Below, one piece after another: positions 18,161 through 28,273 of a stretch of DNA of 64,000 nt. The DNA lies in the IMG/VR virus record IMGVR_UViG_3300025389_001172, positions 1-64,000 of that record; one strand, 5' to 3'. Source of the DNA: a virus. Taxonomy: Duplodnaviria; Caudoviricetes. Position 1 is the stretch's first letter; each line of letters begins with the position of its first letter. The notes under the pieces were generated by a model. It made no database searches, had not been told where the DNA came from, and was given only the letters and a program-made list of their open reading frames with translations. The translations under genes were made by a program, and so were the position numbers.

Positions 18161-21100
18161 GTTTTGACTCTATGATTGAGATTAGGCCAGCCATGATGCT
18201 TTCTAGTTCTTCGCCGATAGGCACGCAATGATTTTCATCTAGATCGGTATCATACGGGCTCTTTACTGGAAGGTTTCTAGGAATAGTAACTCCTCCGATC
18301 CGTTGTACTGGTTTTTGGTATAGTCGAGGATTGGCTTTTTTCTTTAATATTTCAGCGGCCATCTTTTCTAACTGTGGTCTATTGTTAGCATATTGGGGGA
18401 ATTTCCTAGCCAGCCCTTGTATTAGGGCATCTGGAATAACCAGTGCTTCCGCCACACCTTGCTTACTTTCATTCATACCCTTGAATTTTTCTATAGCCTG
18501 TTGAAGTGCTATAATCCTTTTTTCCATAGGTAAACGATTGATCATATTCCTAACTTCGCCTTGATATTTGGCAGGTATATGATCTTTAATTCCTTGATTG
18601 ATCAACACCGCCGCCTGTGCATTTTGTTGACCCTGTGTTGTATCCTTAGGTTTCTTTTCTTGAGGAACATCATCGTAGTCATCATCGTCTTCAAGACCGC
18701 TGAGATATGCCTGGTAATCGCTACGGCGCTGTGCCCAATGTTTTCCGAAACGCATCAGTTCCTGGCTGCCCAGTTTTGATCCTATCTGTTCCAGGATACC
18801 CGGGAGACCTTTTGCTACTCTACCGAATGACTTGGAATCTTCCGACTTGAGGAAATCCAGCAGGAGTGGAGAGTATTTAGGTGCCTGTTTGACCAGGGCA
18901 TAGAGTTCGTTCTGTAGTTTGTTGAAATAGAATGACTGGAACCAGCGTGATCCGATACCAGCAGCGACCATGCTGAATCCTTTCAGCTCGCCGTGATTAT
19001 CCACATATTTCTTAGCGGCCGACTTCATCTGTTCATATATCTGTGCGATAGCCTCACCATGCACCACGATGCTGTCTATAGTGCCTTTTAGACTGTTGGC
19101 TTCATTTAAGAAGCCTTCCGCCACACCTTGCTTCTTCATATACTTTTTCTGTAATTCTAAATCTGCAGGAGTTGCTTGTCTGATTAAATTCAAATATTTG
19201 TCTACTGGAACTGCTTTTATTTCTACAGGTTTGATTCTCTTGACACCGGGTATGGTGTGAAACTCTCGCGAATTACCACCTTGAACAAATTGAGGTTTAC
19301 CATCGGGCCCATTGAATGGCACCTTGTGTAGATATACATTTTCACCTTTTCTAATATTTCCTTTGAACAACACCATTTGTGGGTCGTTTGGAAACATACC
19401 TGTATCACTGCCAGGAGTAGTAAGTCCCATTGCTATAGCAACCTTAGGATCACTGGTAGCGTAGATAGCATTTTGATTACTACCTGTGGCGCCACCGGTG
19501 TCTACAGATTGGCGTGGTTCTAACATAGGAATCTTTTGTCTTGATCCGTGCCATAGATATTTTTGTTCCGTGCCTTCCGCCACCCCACCGGTCTGGCCTG
19601 TATTGTGATAGGTCTGTGGATATGCTGAGCCACTCATACCACGCTTCCATGCAACATCAGTGCCCTGTAGATCACGATTCTCTCCAGTCTTTTTAGCACG
19701 AGCTGGTTTGGTCATACCTGCCTGTATGTCCCGCATTAGTTGTTCAGCTGTGGCATCATCAGCAGAACCTGGAAGATTGCTCTTGAATGATTCGTAATCT
19801 CCATCTAGGGCCATTTGACGCACATTAGTACCGCTAACCCCGGCTACATCATCAGCATCGGGATCGCGTTCTCCGGCGCTGACGAAATCGATGCTGTTGT
19901 ACTCGTATTCTTTATGATTATAGGCTTCTAGGGTATCTCGTAGATTTGCTCGATCACTGCCTGCTACCAGTATGAGATCATTAAATTTACCATTGAGAGC
20001 CTTGGCAGCTTCTATGGGAGTGCGTGTAGTAGGTCCCGCCGCTACGAAATTCGTACCTGGAAAAAACCTGTTTAGGTACTGCATCTTCTGTTCTATGCTG
20101 AGAGGATTCTTTTTGTGATCCTGTGTTTTGCTCACATAGATCACATAGGGGCAATGATTCGCTTCTGCTGTCTGTTTGACGGTGGTAATCAATAGCTCAT
20201 GACCAATCGTTGGTGGTTGGAAACGCACAAAGGCAAATACCACTCTGCGTTGATCATCTGCTTCTACCAGAGCACGGAATAGGCTGCGAGTTTCACCTAA
20301 TGTCTGATTTATTTTGGCCAGTGCGGCTTCTTTGCCTGCACCTTTGGCTGTTCCTACTTCACCGCTTTTAACTGTGATCATGCTGGCGAACACTCCCTTG
20401 ATGCGAGGAGCACTGCGAGGGTTTTTAATAGTCTGTTTGACCTGTGCTAGTAAACCGTCGAATGGTTGATCGAGGTCATATTGCCATAGTATCTTAGTTA
20501 GGTCATCGAAGTTTTGACTCTGCCACACGACTTCGCTTTTTATAGTCTTGTAAGTTCCTTGTTTCAACAATTCTGGATCATAGGTTGACAATCTCAGTTC
20601 TATCCTTACTGAGCTCAGATTAAATTCATACTCTTGGTCGGGTCCTATATTGATATTGACCTCGATGCCCAGTCTTTCAAATAAGTCTGCGGGATCAGTT
20701 TCTATCGTGGCTACCTTGACCATGCCTAGTATCAATCCTTGTTTTTCTGCTGGCCAATCTAGGAAACTCTGCTTGAAACCTGCTTCTACGGGATCTAATG
20801 CTATGATGTTGTCTATCTGTGCAGAGTAGCCTAGTTCATCATCGTGATAGCGAACGCTGACTAGCTCACCTGCATTGTAGGTACGCTTACCTGCGTGTTT
20901 TTCTGATGAGAACGGAACTATCTTAGTTTCTGGTTCCTTCATGAAGAAGGCCTGTAGCTGTTTCTTGACCTGTGCTTTATCTAGGTTACTCTTGATATGC
21001 ACTATGAGATCTATGTCTCCAAAGTCCTGTTTATCAGGATTGCTGTTATAGCTACCACTGGGCTGTAGGCTGACGAAACCTGGGAACAGGCTAATCAGTC

Positions 21101-21173
21101 TTTTGTAATCCTGTATGAAGTGATCGAAGTCTTGTCGACTCTTTACACGATCGGCTCCGGCCACGCCACTCAT
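18147..21173 (-). CDS. 1008-aa polyprotein: Pol-beta-type nucleotidyltransferase, HIGH-family cytidylyl/adenylyltransferase-like domain, ADP-ribosyltransferase-like module, unknown modules
   Basis: GSY...FGDIDL; RFQPPTIGHE, VAGSDR, SAGERDPD; LWHGS...IYATSD...REF; three GVAE linkers. Confidence 0.7.
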   Translation of the reverse strand: MSGVAGADRVKSRQDFDHFIQDYKRLISLFPGFVSLQPSGSYNSNPDKQDFGDIDLIVHIKSNLDKAQVKKQLQAFFMKEPETKIVPFSSEKHAGKRTYNAGELVSVRYHDDELGYSAQIDNIIALDPVEAGFKQSFLDWPAEKQGLILGMVKVATIETDPADLFERLGIEVNINIGPDQEYEFNLSSVRIELRLSTYDPELLKQGTYKTIKSEVVWQSQNFDDLTKILWQYDLDQPFDGLLAQVKQTIKNPRSAPRIKGVFASMITVKSGEVGTAKGAGKEAALAKINQTLGETRSLFRALVEADDQRRVVFAFVRFQPPTIGHELLITTVKQTAEANHCPYVIYVSKTQDHKKNPLSIEQKMQYLNRFFPGTNFVAAGPTTRTPIEAAKALNGKFNDLILVAGSDRANLRDTLEAYNHKEYEYNSIDFVSAGERDPDADDVAGVSGTNVRQMALDGDYESFKSNLPGSADDATAEQLMRDIQAGMTKPARAKKTGENRDLQGTDVAWKRGMSGSAYPQTYHNTGQTGGVAEGTEQKYLWHGSRQKIPMLEPRQSVDTGGATGSNQNAIYATSDPKVAIAMGLTTPGSDTGMFPNDPQMVLFKGNIRKGENVYLHKVPFNGPDGKPQFVQGGNSREFHTIPGVKRIKPVEIKAVPVDKYLNLIRQATPADLELQKKYMKKQGVAEGFLNEANSLKGTIDSIVVHGEAIAQIYEQMKSAAKKYVDNHGELKGFSMVAAGIGSRWFQSFYFNKLQNELYALVKQAPKYSPLLLDFLKSEDSKSFGRVAKGLPGILEQIGSKLGSQELMRFGKHWAQRRSDYQAYLSGLEDDDDYDDVPQEKKPKDTTQGQQNAQAAVLINQGIKDHIPAKYQGEVRNMINRLPMEKRIIALQQAIEKFKGMNESKQGVAEALVIPDALIQGLARKFPQYANNRPQLEKMAAEILKKKANPRLYQKPVQRIGGVTIPRNLPVKSPYDTDLDENHCVPIGEELESIMAGLISIIESKHGRA

Positions 21174-22138
21174 TACTGTCTCACCTTCAGTGCTGATGTA
21201 TCTGGAAGGAACTTGCCTGTGAGTCCCAGCATATCTTTACGCTGGCGCCATTCGTCTTGCAGATTGTCTGGGATGTCAGCGCGAGTTGAATCCAGTATTT
21301 TGAAATAGATATTCAGTAGATTGCTGTAGTCTTCTGGACGCATTTTGCTCTTGAATAGATCATGTAGTCTATAGTAATCCTCAGCATCGGCCTGTGTAAT
21401 CTTAAATCCTAATCGTTTACCTAGTATGGCTAGTGCTTGATCTGGATCGTGAGCTAGCACCTCGCCTGTTTCTTTGTCTTTGACACCATGGACATGATTG
21501 AAACTCAATCCAGCAACCTGGAAGGCACTTAACATCAACTGTGTGCGATGCAGTCCTTTGACATTAGATCCTTTTGGATAAGCAGAGGAGTAATAGCTGA
21601 ATTTCAACCATTTGAGATTTCCGATCATCCAATCTATCTGTACACCTTCGCCTACGTGCTTACCTTCCTCGTTGATCTGAGGATACAGTCCGAACAGATT
21701 CCCTGCTTCGACTTTCTTTGGATCGCAGTGTAGCGTTGGTGCATTGGTGTTTATGTAGTCTACCAGGCATTGATTGAATGCCTTCATGCGCAACATTTCT
21801 GGTGTGGCTGTTTTGGCACGCTTTGATAATGCTTCGAATCTTGCAGTGACATCACTTGGGCTAATCCCCCATTCGGCGATACTAGCATCACTCATATCTT
21901 TGTCTAGTATATCATCAACGCTGACACCTAGATCAATATCACCACTGACTTCTTTCTTACGCACACTTCCTAATGGTTGGAAGTGTTCTTCATCGAATAT
22001 TCCGGCTTTCTTTGGAAATAGGCTTTTTAATTCTGAAAAATATGCGTTGAGAGTAGGAGTGATATATTCCATCTTGATGCCTGTGGTCTTGCCAGCAAAG
22101 ACATTGCCACCTTCCATTAGCAGTTCTATGATACGCAT
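21173..22138 (-). CDS. Pol-beta-superfamily nucleotidyltransferase (putative head-internal)
   Basis: LGS....SGDIDL and VQIDWM; N-terminus MRIIELLME-GGNVF. Confidence 0.7.
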   Translation of the reverse strand: MRIIELLMEGGNVFAGKTTGIKMEYITPTLNAYFSELKSLFPKKAGIFDEEHFQPLGSVRKKEVSGDIDLGVSVDDILDKDMSDASIAEWGISPSDVTARFEALSKRAKTATPEMLRMKAFNQCLVDYINTNAPTLHCDPKKVEAGNLFGLYPQINEEGKHVGEGVQIDWMIGNLKWLKFSYYSSAYPKGSNVKGLHRTQLMLSAFQVAGLSFNHVHGVKDKETGEVLAHDPDQALAILGKRLGFKITQADAEDYYRLHDLFKSKMRPEDYSNLLNIYFKILDSTRADIPDNLQDEWRQRKDMLGLTGKFLPDTSALKVRQ

Positions 22139-22139
22139 A

Positions 22140-22517
22140 TCAGTCTTTTATTTTATATTTGTCTTTGAGGATGTCTTGGCAGTAGTGATCGTATAAGCGT
22201 TCGCACATGTCTTCACGCATCTCTTTGGGGAATAGTTTGCCTAGTTTATCTTGCATTTTATTTTTATGATAAAATTCTTTACATCCACGTTCTACCATAG
22301 GCATGAACATCTTGACCAATCTTTGTTTATCATCGCGCCCTTCATCGTGGGCACGCTTGATCTTTGGAGCTATATCATGGAAATGATCTTTGTGGAGTCG
22401 ATCGTGATCGATGATGAACCAAAATGCGTCATCGGCGATCTTGCCATGCTTGTCTGCATCTTTATCTTCTTTTTTGCCAAGATCAATAGCCTTGCCAAAG
22501 AACTCATTTAATAACAT
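22140..22517 (-). CDS. Hypothetical protein
   Basis: 125 aa, starts MLLNEFF; TAAATA motif upstream. Confidence 0.6.
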   Translation of the reverse strand: MLLNEFFGKAIDLGKKEDKDADKHGKIADDAFWFIIDHDRLHKDHFHDIAPKIKRAHDEGRDDKQRLVKMFMPMVERGCKEFYHKNKMQDKLGKLFPKEMREDMCERLYDHYCQDILKDKYKIKD

Positions 22518-22567
22518 ACCAACTCCCGATTTATTGTGTATTTATTACAATTTGAGACTTTGGAAAA

Positions 22568-22960
22568 TTAGTGATTGTACAGTATTGATGCTGTACCTGC
22601 AGATATCTGCACAACACCTCGCACCCACACAAAATTGCCAGTGAAATTGTAGTAGTCTACCTGGGTAAACTGTAGATTACTCATAGACGTATATGAACTA
22701 GTGACTCCTTCTACGAAGAACCAATCACCTTCTACAGGAGCTGTAGCCAGGCTAGCCTGCATGGTCACAGTTCCTATGAAATTAATATCCATGGTGTACA
22801 TAACTGTGTGTAGGCCGTCGCTTGATCCGTAGTATCCGTCACCTTTAACTGATTCACTATAGTACGTCTGTACAGTGCCGGTATTGTTGGGATAAACCAC
22901 AGCTACACTACTGGTGCTATTGTAGATTGGAAATTGTAATCCTTGACTGAGTGCTGGCAT
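22568..22960 (-). CDS. Hypothetical (beta-rich, possibly structural) protein
   Basis: 130 aa; NFTGNFVWVR; TAAATA motif upstream. Confidence 0.6.
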   Translation of the reverse strand: MPALSQGLQFPIYNSTSSVAVVYPNNTGTVQTYYSESVKGDGYYGSSDGLHTVMYTMDINFIGTVTMQASLATAPVEGDWFFVEGVTSSYTSMSNLQFTQVDYYNFTGNFVWVRGVVQISAGTASILYNH

Positions 22961-22995
22961 AATTGTCCTAGTATTGACTAGTATTTATGCCATGA

Positions 22996-25275
22996 TCACT
23001 CGGATTCGTCTTCGGATTCAATGTTATTCTCAGCTTTTTCTACTGGTAGGATATCGATCTTGTTCAATACCAAAGCTCCATCTACTAGATCTACATTCAC
23101 CACACCACCATTCTTTAATCGGCCAAATAAGATCTCTTTACTCAAGGGTTTCTTGATCATATCATCGATTGTGCGCTGTAGAGGACGAGCACCCATCTTG
23201 CTGTCAAATCCTTTTTCGATTAGATATTCTACAGCTTCTACACTAGGTTTAACGTGTACGTTCTTGTCCTTAACCAAGGCATTGAGCTCGTCGACGAACT
23301 TCTTAACAATCTTGATCATGGTCTTCTGATCCAGCTTGCCAAAGCGTATGGTAGCATCTAGTCTGTTGCGGAACTCTGGTGAGAAGAAACGTTTAATAGC
23401 ATCGCTTGGATCACCGTCTCTCTCTAGGCTACCGAATCCTACTGAATTCTTTTCAGCATCTGCGGCTCCGAGGTTTGAGGTCATTATGACAATGGCGTTG
23501 CGAGCATCTGCTTTCTTACCATTACTTCCTGTGACCACACCATTGTCCATGAGCTGTAATAATATGGTCAACACACTAGGGTGTGCTTTTTCTACTTCGT
23601 CTAGTAATAGTACACAATTTGGCGTTTCTTGTAAACTGGTGATCAACTGTCCTGCGTTGTCATCGAACCCTACATAGCCGGGAGGGCTACCTAGGAAACG
23701 TGCCACCGAGTGCTGTTCTTGGAACTCACTCATATCAAACCGGACTAACTTAATACCCATATTCAGGGCCAGCTGTTTAGCCGCTTCGGTCTTACCTACA
23801 CCTGTGGGTCCTACGAATAAGAAACTACCGATTGGTTTGTTGTGACTCTTGAGTCCTGCCTGTGCCATGAAGATCTTATCTAACAGTGCTTCTATGGCTT
23901 TTTCTTGACCATAGACCTTGTCACGCATATTCTTTTCTAGACTATCTAGGTTGGCATTTTCCTTGCTGTTGAGTTGTTCTATAGGTAAGTTGGCGATCTT
24001 ACTGACCTCATATAGGATCTCATCGTGATCGACGATTCCGCCAGTTTCGTTACGCACCTTGAACCGGGCACCGGCACAGTCTATGAGATCGATGGCCTTG
24101 TCTGGCAATTTACGATCTGTCATGTATTTCACAGAGTATTTGACCGAATCGATGATGGCCTGATTGGTGATCTTGACACCATGATGACGTTCGTAATATT
24201 TTTTAAGACCTTTCATGATCTTGATAGCCACTGCTTCGGTAGGTTCGTCGACAGTGACACGTTGGAAACGGCGCATCAGGGCGCGATCCTTTTCGAAATG
24301 CTTGCGATATTCTTCCCAGGTCGTCGAAGCTATGACCTTGATTATACCTTTACCTAGTGTGTTCTTGAGCATATTAGCCATGTCGTTGCTACTACCACTG
24401 GTAGCACCAGCACCGTTCATCATATGTGCTTCGTCGATGAAAAGAATACACTTGCCTTTCTTTTCTAGGCCATTGAGCACATTCTTAAGGCGTTCTTCGA
24501 AATCTCCACGATACTTGCTACCTGCTAGTAATGCTGAAATGTCTAGACTATATACTTCATGTTCTTTTATAAAATCTGGCACCTTGTCTTCGATGATGTT
24601 GCGAGCCAGTCCTTCTGCGATGGCTGTCTTACCTACTCCTGGATCACCAATCATGATGACATTGGATTTTACTCGGCGTGCCAATACTAGTTGTATCTCT
24701 TCTAATTCTTTTTCTCGGCCTATTACTGGATCTATCTTTTTACTCTTGGCCTTGGCAGTGAGATTGGTACAGAACTGTACCAACATCTTTTCCAATTGAT
24801 TGTTAGAAATCTTAGCGATAGATCCACCTACAGTTTCTTCAGCGGGAACTTCTTTGCGTATAAATTCGATAAACTTGTCTTTGTCTATATTGGCCTTACG
24901 TATGAAATAGCCTGCATGACTTTTCTTTTCATTGAACATGCTGATAAAACAGTCTACCGGTTCTATGATCTGACGACCGCTGAATAATACGTGTGTAAAT
25001 GCTCTGTTTAGTACACGATCTACAGTGTTGGTCTTTTTTGGTTTGACAGAGTTGTCATTGATTAAATCGTTGAGTTCTGTAGTGACATAGGTTTCCACAT
25101 CACCTTTTAATGCGTTTATGTCAGCACCAAAATCATTTAATATCTGTACAAATACTTCATTGTTTAACATACTGAGCAGGAAATGTTCTAAGGTAATATA
25201 CTCGTGTTTCAATTCACTAGCAACCTGTACGGCGTGTTCAAATATATTCTCTAAATCCTTGTTTGGTTCCAACAT
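22996..25275 (-). CDS. clpA: ATP-dependent Clp protease ATPase subunit ClpA
   Basis: N-domain HEYITLEH, two AAA+ modules (GDPGVGKT, GPTGVGKT), VGF ClpP-docking loop, GARPL. Confidence 0.95.
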   Translation of the reverse strand: MLEPNKDLENIFEHAVQVASELKHEYITLEHFLLSMLNNEVFVQILNDFGADINALKGDVETYVTTELNDLINDNSVKPKKTNTVDRVLNRAFTHVLFSGRQIIEPVDCFISMFNEKKSHAGYFIRKANIDKDKFIEFIRKEVPAEETVGGSIAKISNNQLEKMLVQFCTNLTAKAKSKKIDPVIGREKELEEIQLVLARRVKSNVIMIGDPGVGKTAIAEGLARNIIEDKVPDFIKEHEVYSLDISALLAGSKYRGDFEERLKNVLNGLEKKGKCILFIDEAHMMNGAGATSGSSNDMANMLKNTLGKGIIKVIASTTWEEYRKHFEKDRALMRRFQRVTVDEPTEAVAIKIMKGLKKYYERHHGVKITNQAIIDSVKYSVKYMTDRKLPDKAIDLIDCAGARFKVRNETGGIVDHDEILYEVSKIANLPIEQLNSKENANLDSLEKNMRDKVYGQEKAIEALLDKIFMAQAGLKSHNKPIGSFLFVGPTGVGKTEAAKQLALNMGIKLVRFDMSEFQEQHSVARFLGSPPGYVGFDDNAGQLITSLQETPNCVLLLDEVEKAHPSVLTILLQLMDNGVVTGSNGKKADARNAIVIMTSNLGAADAEKNSVGFGSLERDGDPSDAIKRFFSPEFRNRLDATIRFGKLDQKTMIKIVKKFVDELNALVKDKNVHVKPSVEAVEYLIEKGFDSKMGARPLQRTIDDMIKKPLSKEILFGRLKNGGVVNVDLVDGALVLNKIDILPVEKAENNIESEDESE

Positions 25276-25322
25276 TATCTAAATTTCCTTTTCTTTTGAT
25301 TTTTCAACTGCTACAGCCTAAA

Positions 25323-26153
25323 TTACTTAAATTGTTTTAATAGAGATTTTTGCTTGTCTGACAGATTTTTTGGAATGACAATCCTAACATTCAGCATCAT
25401 ATGTCCTCTGAATCTATTGTCTCCCATCTTAGGCATCCCTTGGCCAGATACACACAGAGTCTGTCCTGGTTGTATACCTGGTGCCACATTGATTTCTAGA
25501 GTCTTACCATCGATGGTTTTAATTTCAATTGTCTGTCCCAACATGGCATCTACACAATCGATTTCTAGATCTTGATGTAGATCATCTCCATGTCTTTGGA
25601 ATTTATTATGAGGCTCTATGCTTACAGTGAGGTGTAGGTCACCTCGTGGCACGTTTGGAATACTGTCATCACCTAAACCAGATAATCTCAGTGTAGTACC
25701 TTCTTGGATACCTGCAGGTATTTTGACATTGATAGTCTGGTCACGACCAGTAGGTAATTGTAAACTGGCCACTAGATCTTTTCCGTGGAAGGTTTCTTCT
25801 AGAGTTATCGTGGTCTGTATGTTTAGCGTGCGATTCCTCACAGGACCTGCTCTATGTCCAAAGAAGTGTTCGAAAGGATGTCCTCCAGTAAACTGTGCGA
25901 ATATATCTTCGAACCCCCCAGAATGGAAATGGAATCCTCCGGGTTGCTGATGGAACTGTGGTTGTGGTTGATCATATTGAGCTCGCTTGTTAGGATCGCT
26001 TAGTGTTTCATAAGCAGCCTGTATATTCTGGAAAGCGGCTGTGTCTCCTCCACGATCTGGATGATGTTTTGCGGCCATCTTACGATATGCCGATTTGATT
26101 TGTTCTGGACTGGCGTCACGTCCGACGCCTAATGTTGTATAATGATCTGACAT
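25323..26153 (-). CDS. DnaJ/CbpA-type co-chaperone without zinc finger
   Basis: J-domain HPD, G/F region, C-terminal VKIPAG..GDL. Confidence 0.92.
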   Translation of the reverse strand: MSDHYTTLGVGRDASPEQIKSAYRKMAAKHHPDRGGDTAAFQNIQAAYETLSDPNKRAQYDQPQPQFHQQPGGFHFHSGGFEDIFAQFTGGHPFEHFFGHRAGPVRNRTLNIQTTITLEETFHGKDLVASLQLPTGRDQTINVKIPAGIQEGTTLRLSGLGDDSIPNVPRGDLHLTVSIEPHNKFQRHGDDLHQDLEIDCVDAMLGQTIEIKTIDGKTLEINVAPGIQPGQTLCVSGQGMPKMGDNRFRGHMMLNVRIVIPKNLSDKQKSLLKQFK

Positions 26154-26215
26154 AGTAGTAAATGAAAAAAGGTATAGTTTATTGTACTATACCTTTTATT
26201 TAATGTCAATGCCGC

Positions 26216-26425
26216 TTATTTCTTAGTTGGAACTGGATCCGAACCTTCTAACTTCTTATGTACCTTGATTGTCTTACAGTCCTGTGCTGTTTTACCAGTC
26301 TTTTTATCTAGGACTGGTTTACCGGCTTTATCTAACTTGTCATGGCAGACTTGTTTTAATTCTGCTTCAGCGTAGGCTGTACCAACAAATGCTAGGGCAA
26401 ATACTGCGATTAATAATTTTTTCAT
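26216..26425 (-). CDS. Small secreted protein
   Basis: Signal peptide ending AYA; two Cys. Confidence 0.6.
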   Translation of the reverse strand: MKKLLIAVFALAFVGTAYAEAELKQVCHDKLDKAGKPVLDKKTGKTAQDCKTIKVHKKLEGSDPVPTKK

Positions 26426-26439
26426 TTCAGTTTCCTTTA

Positions 26440-27039
26440 TTAAATGATTGGATCTGGAGCTAGAACCGGAGCTGGTTTGCCGCCAAACCCTGAGGCTACC
26501 TGTCCAGTGACTGGTGCTGGTAGAGGAGCTCCAAACGCTGGAGTCGGTGCCGCGGTTCCAAATGCCGGTGTTGGTGTTCCGAATGCAGGAGTTGGTGTTC
26601 CGAATGCAGGAGTTGGTGTTCCAAAACTTGGTGTCTGACCAAATGCGGGTTGTTGAGATCCAAAACCGCCTGTGTTCATATTACCAAAACCACCTGTGTT
26701 CATATTACCCATACCTGCTGGTACTCCACTCATATTGGTATTCTGAGTAGTGATGGTACTTGTGGCTGTTGGATTTGCCGCAGTGCCTGCTAGCTTCTCT
26801 TGTGTACGACCAAACGCACTAATACCTAATACAGCACCCATGGCTATATGGAATAGGCCTGCACCTTGAAGCGTTAACGGATTCCATTGCGTGATAGGCA
26901 CATGCATCATCGCCTGTAGCAATGACCACAGTACTGGAAACACCGCCATGTCTAGTAAACAGATCAGCATGTACATCCACCCCATCGCTGGACGCCATAG
27001 TGTCTGCATCCAATTTGAATCGTCTTTCTTTTCCGCCAT
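26440..27039 (-). CDS. Holin (GTA 3TM-like) with FG-repeat C-terminal tail
   Basis: WRPAMGW...MGAVLGISAFGRTQEK; lysis-cassette position. Confidence 0.7.
   Translation of the reverse strand: MAEKKDDSNWMQTLWRPAMGWMYMLICLLDMAVFPVLWSLLQAMMHVPITQWNPLTLQGAGLFHIAMGAVLGISAFGRTQEKLAGTAANPTATSTITTQNTNMSGVPAGMGNMNTGGFGNMNTGGFGSQQPAFGQTPSFGTPTPAFGTPTPAFGTPTPAFGTAAPTPAFGAPLPAPVTGQVASGFGGKPAPVLAPDPII
26530..26712 (-). repeat. 21-nt tandem coding repeats (PAFGTPT; GNMNTGGF)
   Basis: GAATGCAGGAGTTGGTGTTCC tandem copies and duplicated CCTGTGTTCATATTACC on plus strand. Confidence 0.85.
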
Positions 27040-27065
27040 TTCTTGCTCCTTTTATTCTTTTCTCG

Positions 27066-27638
27066 TTAGAACCACATCCAGAGCCCTTGGCTCATCAATA
27101 ATAATCCTATTGCCGCTACGCCAAAACTGCTCCAGAACAGCATCATGTTTACAGCTAGGATACTGGCTGATAATAATACGATAGACATCTGATAGGCTGT
27201 GCTGGCATAGCTGATCCATGGACTGCGTTTTTTAGCATAATCACGTTCTGCTTCTAATTTTTTAGCTCTTTCATACAGGGCCTTTTTACCGTCCTCGCCG
27301 TCATCATAACTGGCAGCTTTTTCTGCCCACTGTTTGGCTTTGATCTTATCTGTGGTCTGTTCTGCCGCTAGTTGATATTGCGTTTGCTTAATACTTTTAG
27401 CCTGATAAAAATTCCATAAATCGTTGGCCTTGATGGTATTGTTCATAACGGTTGAACTTAATCCACCACCGATAAATGTATTGACCGCTAGTAACAGTGC
27501 GAACACATTGATTACCATACCTGCTTTGTCTTTGATCCGTGCTTCGCGTTCTGAACGAGAGCCAACTGGGGGTTTGGGTGCATCTGGATCTTTTGGTTGT
27601 TTGTTGATTAAGTTTAGTACCGAATCTATTAAACTCAT
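27066..27638 (-). CDS. Membrane protein (DUF4337-like)
   Basis: ANDLWNFYQAKSIKQ motif, three TM segments. Confidence 0.65.
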   Translation of the reverse strand: MSLIDSVLNLINKQPKDPDAPKPPVGSRSEREARIKDKAGMVINVFALLLAVNTFIGGGLSSTVMNNTIKANDLWNFYQAKSIKQTQYQLAAEQTTDKIKAKQWAEKAASYDDGEDGKKALYERAKKLEAERDYAKKRSPWISYASTAYQMSIVLLSASILAVNMMLFWSSFGVAAIGLLLMSQGLWMWF

Positions 27639-27639
27639 A

Positions 27640-28260
27640 TTACGCTCCTAGTATCTGTAATGCCTTTTGATATCTCGCGGTGCGGTCTTCGATGCCCAGT
27701 GTGCCACCGTTGATGATCTTTGTCATCTGCTCAATGTTGCCAGCATCAGCCCATTTGTTGAGGTTGTTGGCTTCCCAAAACCAGCAGGCTGACTGAACGC
27801 AGCCTTCGAATGTGGCTAGATAGTCTGGAAGATTATTGATATCCTCCTGTATGCTGTCCGCAAAGGCCTGATAGTTGCTACGACCTGTGAGTTGTATCAA
27901 CCCTCTTCCGCAGAAACGATAACCGTCCCCTGACTCTTCTGGTCCATTGCCCATACGATTAGCATAGGCGCGATTAGCGATTTTTTCTGGTTGATGAGCA
28001 TAATCGTTGGCATTGCCTGTGTTGAAATAGCGAGGCCATACACGGCATAGACTCGCAGCCTGATAGTTTAGGTTTTCTTTGATAGCTGTGAATCCACCGC
28101 TTTCATGTCCGCACTGTGCTAGAAAAGCCGCTAGTCTCGGAGGAGTGTTGATGTCATAATCTGGGCACGCCTGCGCCAGTGCGTTATACCAGTGATCTAC
28201 ATAGGGATTACCTGGAATAATCTGCGCCAGTTGATCCTGTGTTAAAATAAAATCTGCCAT
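27640..28260 (-). CDS. Glycoside hydrolase family 19 endolysin
   Basis: FLAQCGHESG, ENLNY, GRGLIQLTGRSNY, TKIINGG. Confidence 0.93.
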   Translation of the reverse strand: MADFILTQDQLAQIIPGNPYVDHWYNALAQACPDYDINTPPRLAAFLAQCGHESGGFTAIKENLNYQAASLCRVWPRYFNTGNANDYAHQPEKIANRAYANRMGNGPEESGDGYRFCGRGLIQLTGRSNYQAFADSIQEDINNLPDYLATFEGCVQSACWFWEANNLNKWADAGNIEQMTKIINGGTLGIEDRTARYQKALQILGA

Positions 28261-28273
28261 ATCTGTTCCTATA

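Larger units (their letters stand above)
13222..19586 (-). repeat. Dispersed direct repeat, core GGTGTGGCGGAAG (encodes GVAE)
   Basis: Copies near 13222-13238, 13687-13702, 14381-14399, 14863-14893, 18446-18464, 19099-19129, 19573-19586; degenerate copy 13881-13895; 14863-14893 and 19099-19129 identical over 31 nt. Confidence 0.9.

Noticed and set aside
13222-19586. GVAE repeats as a CRISPR array
   Set aside because: Spacing is hundreds to thousands of bases, the repeats are in-frame coding, and no cas genes are present
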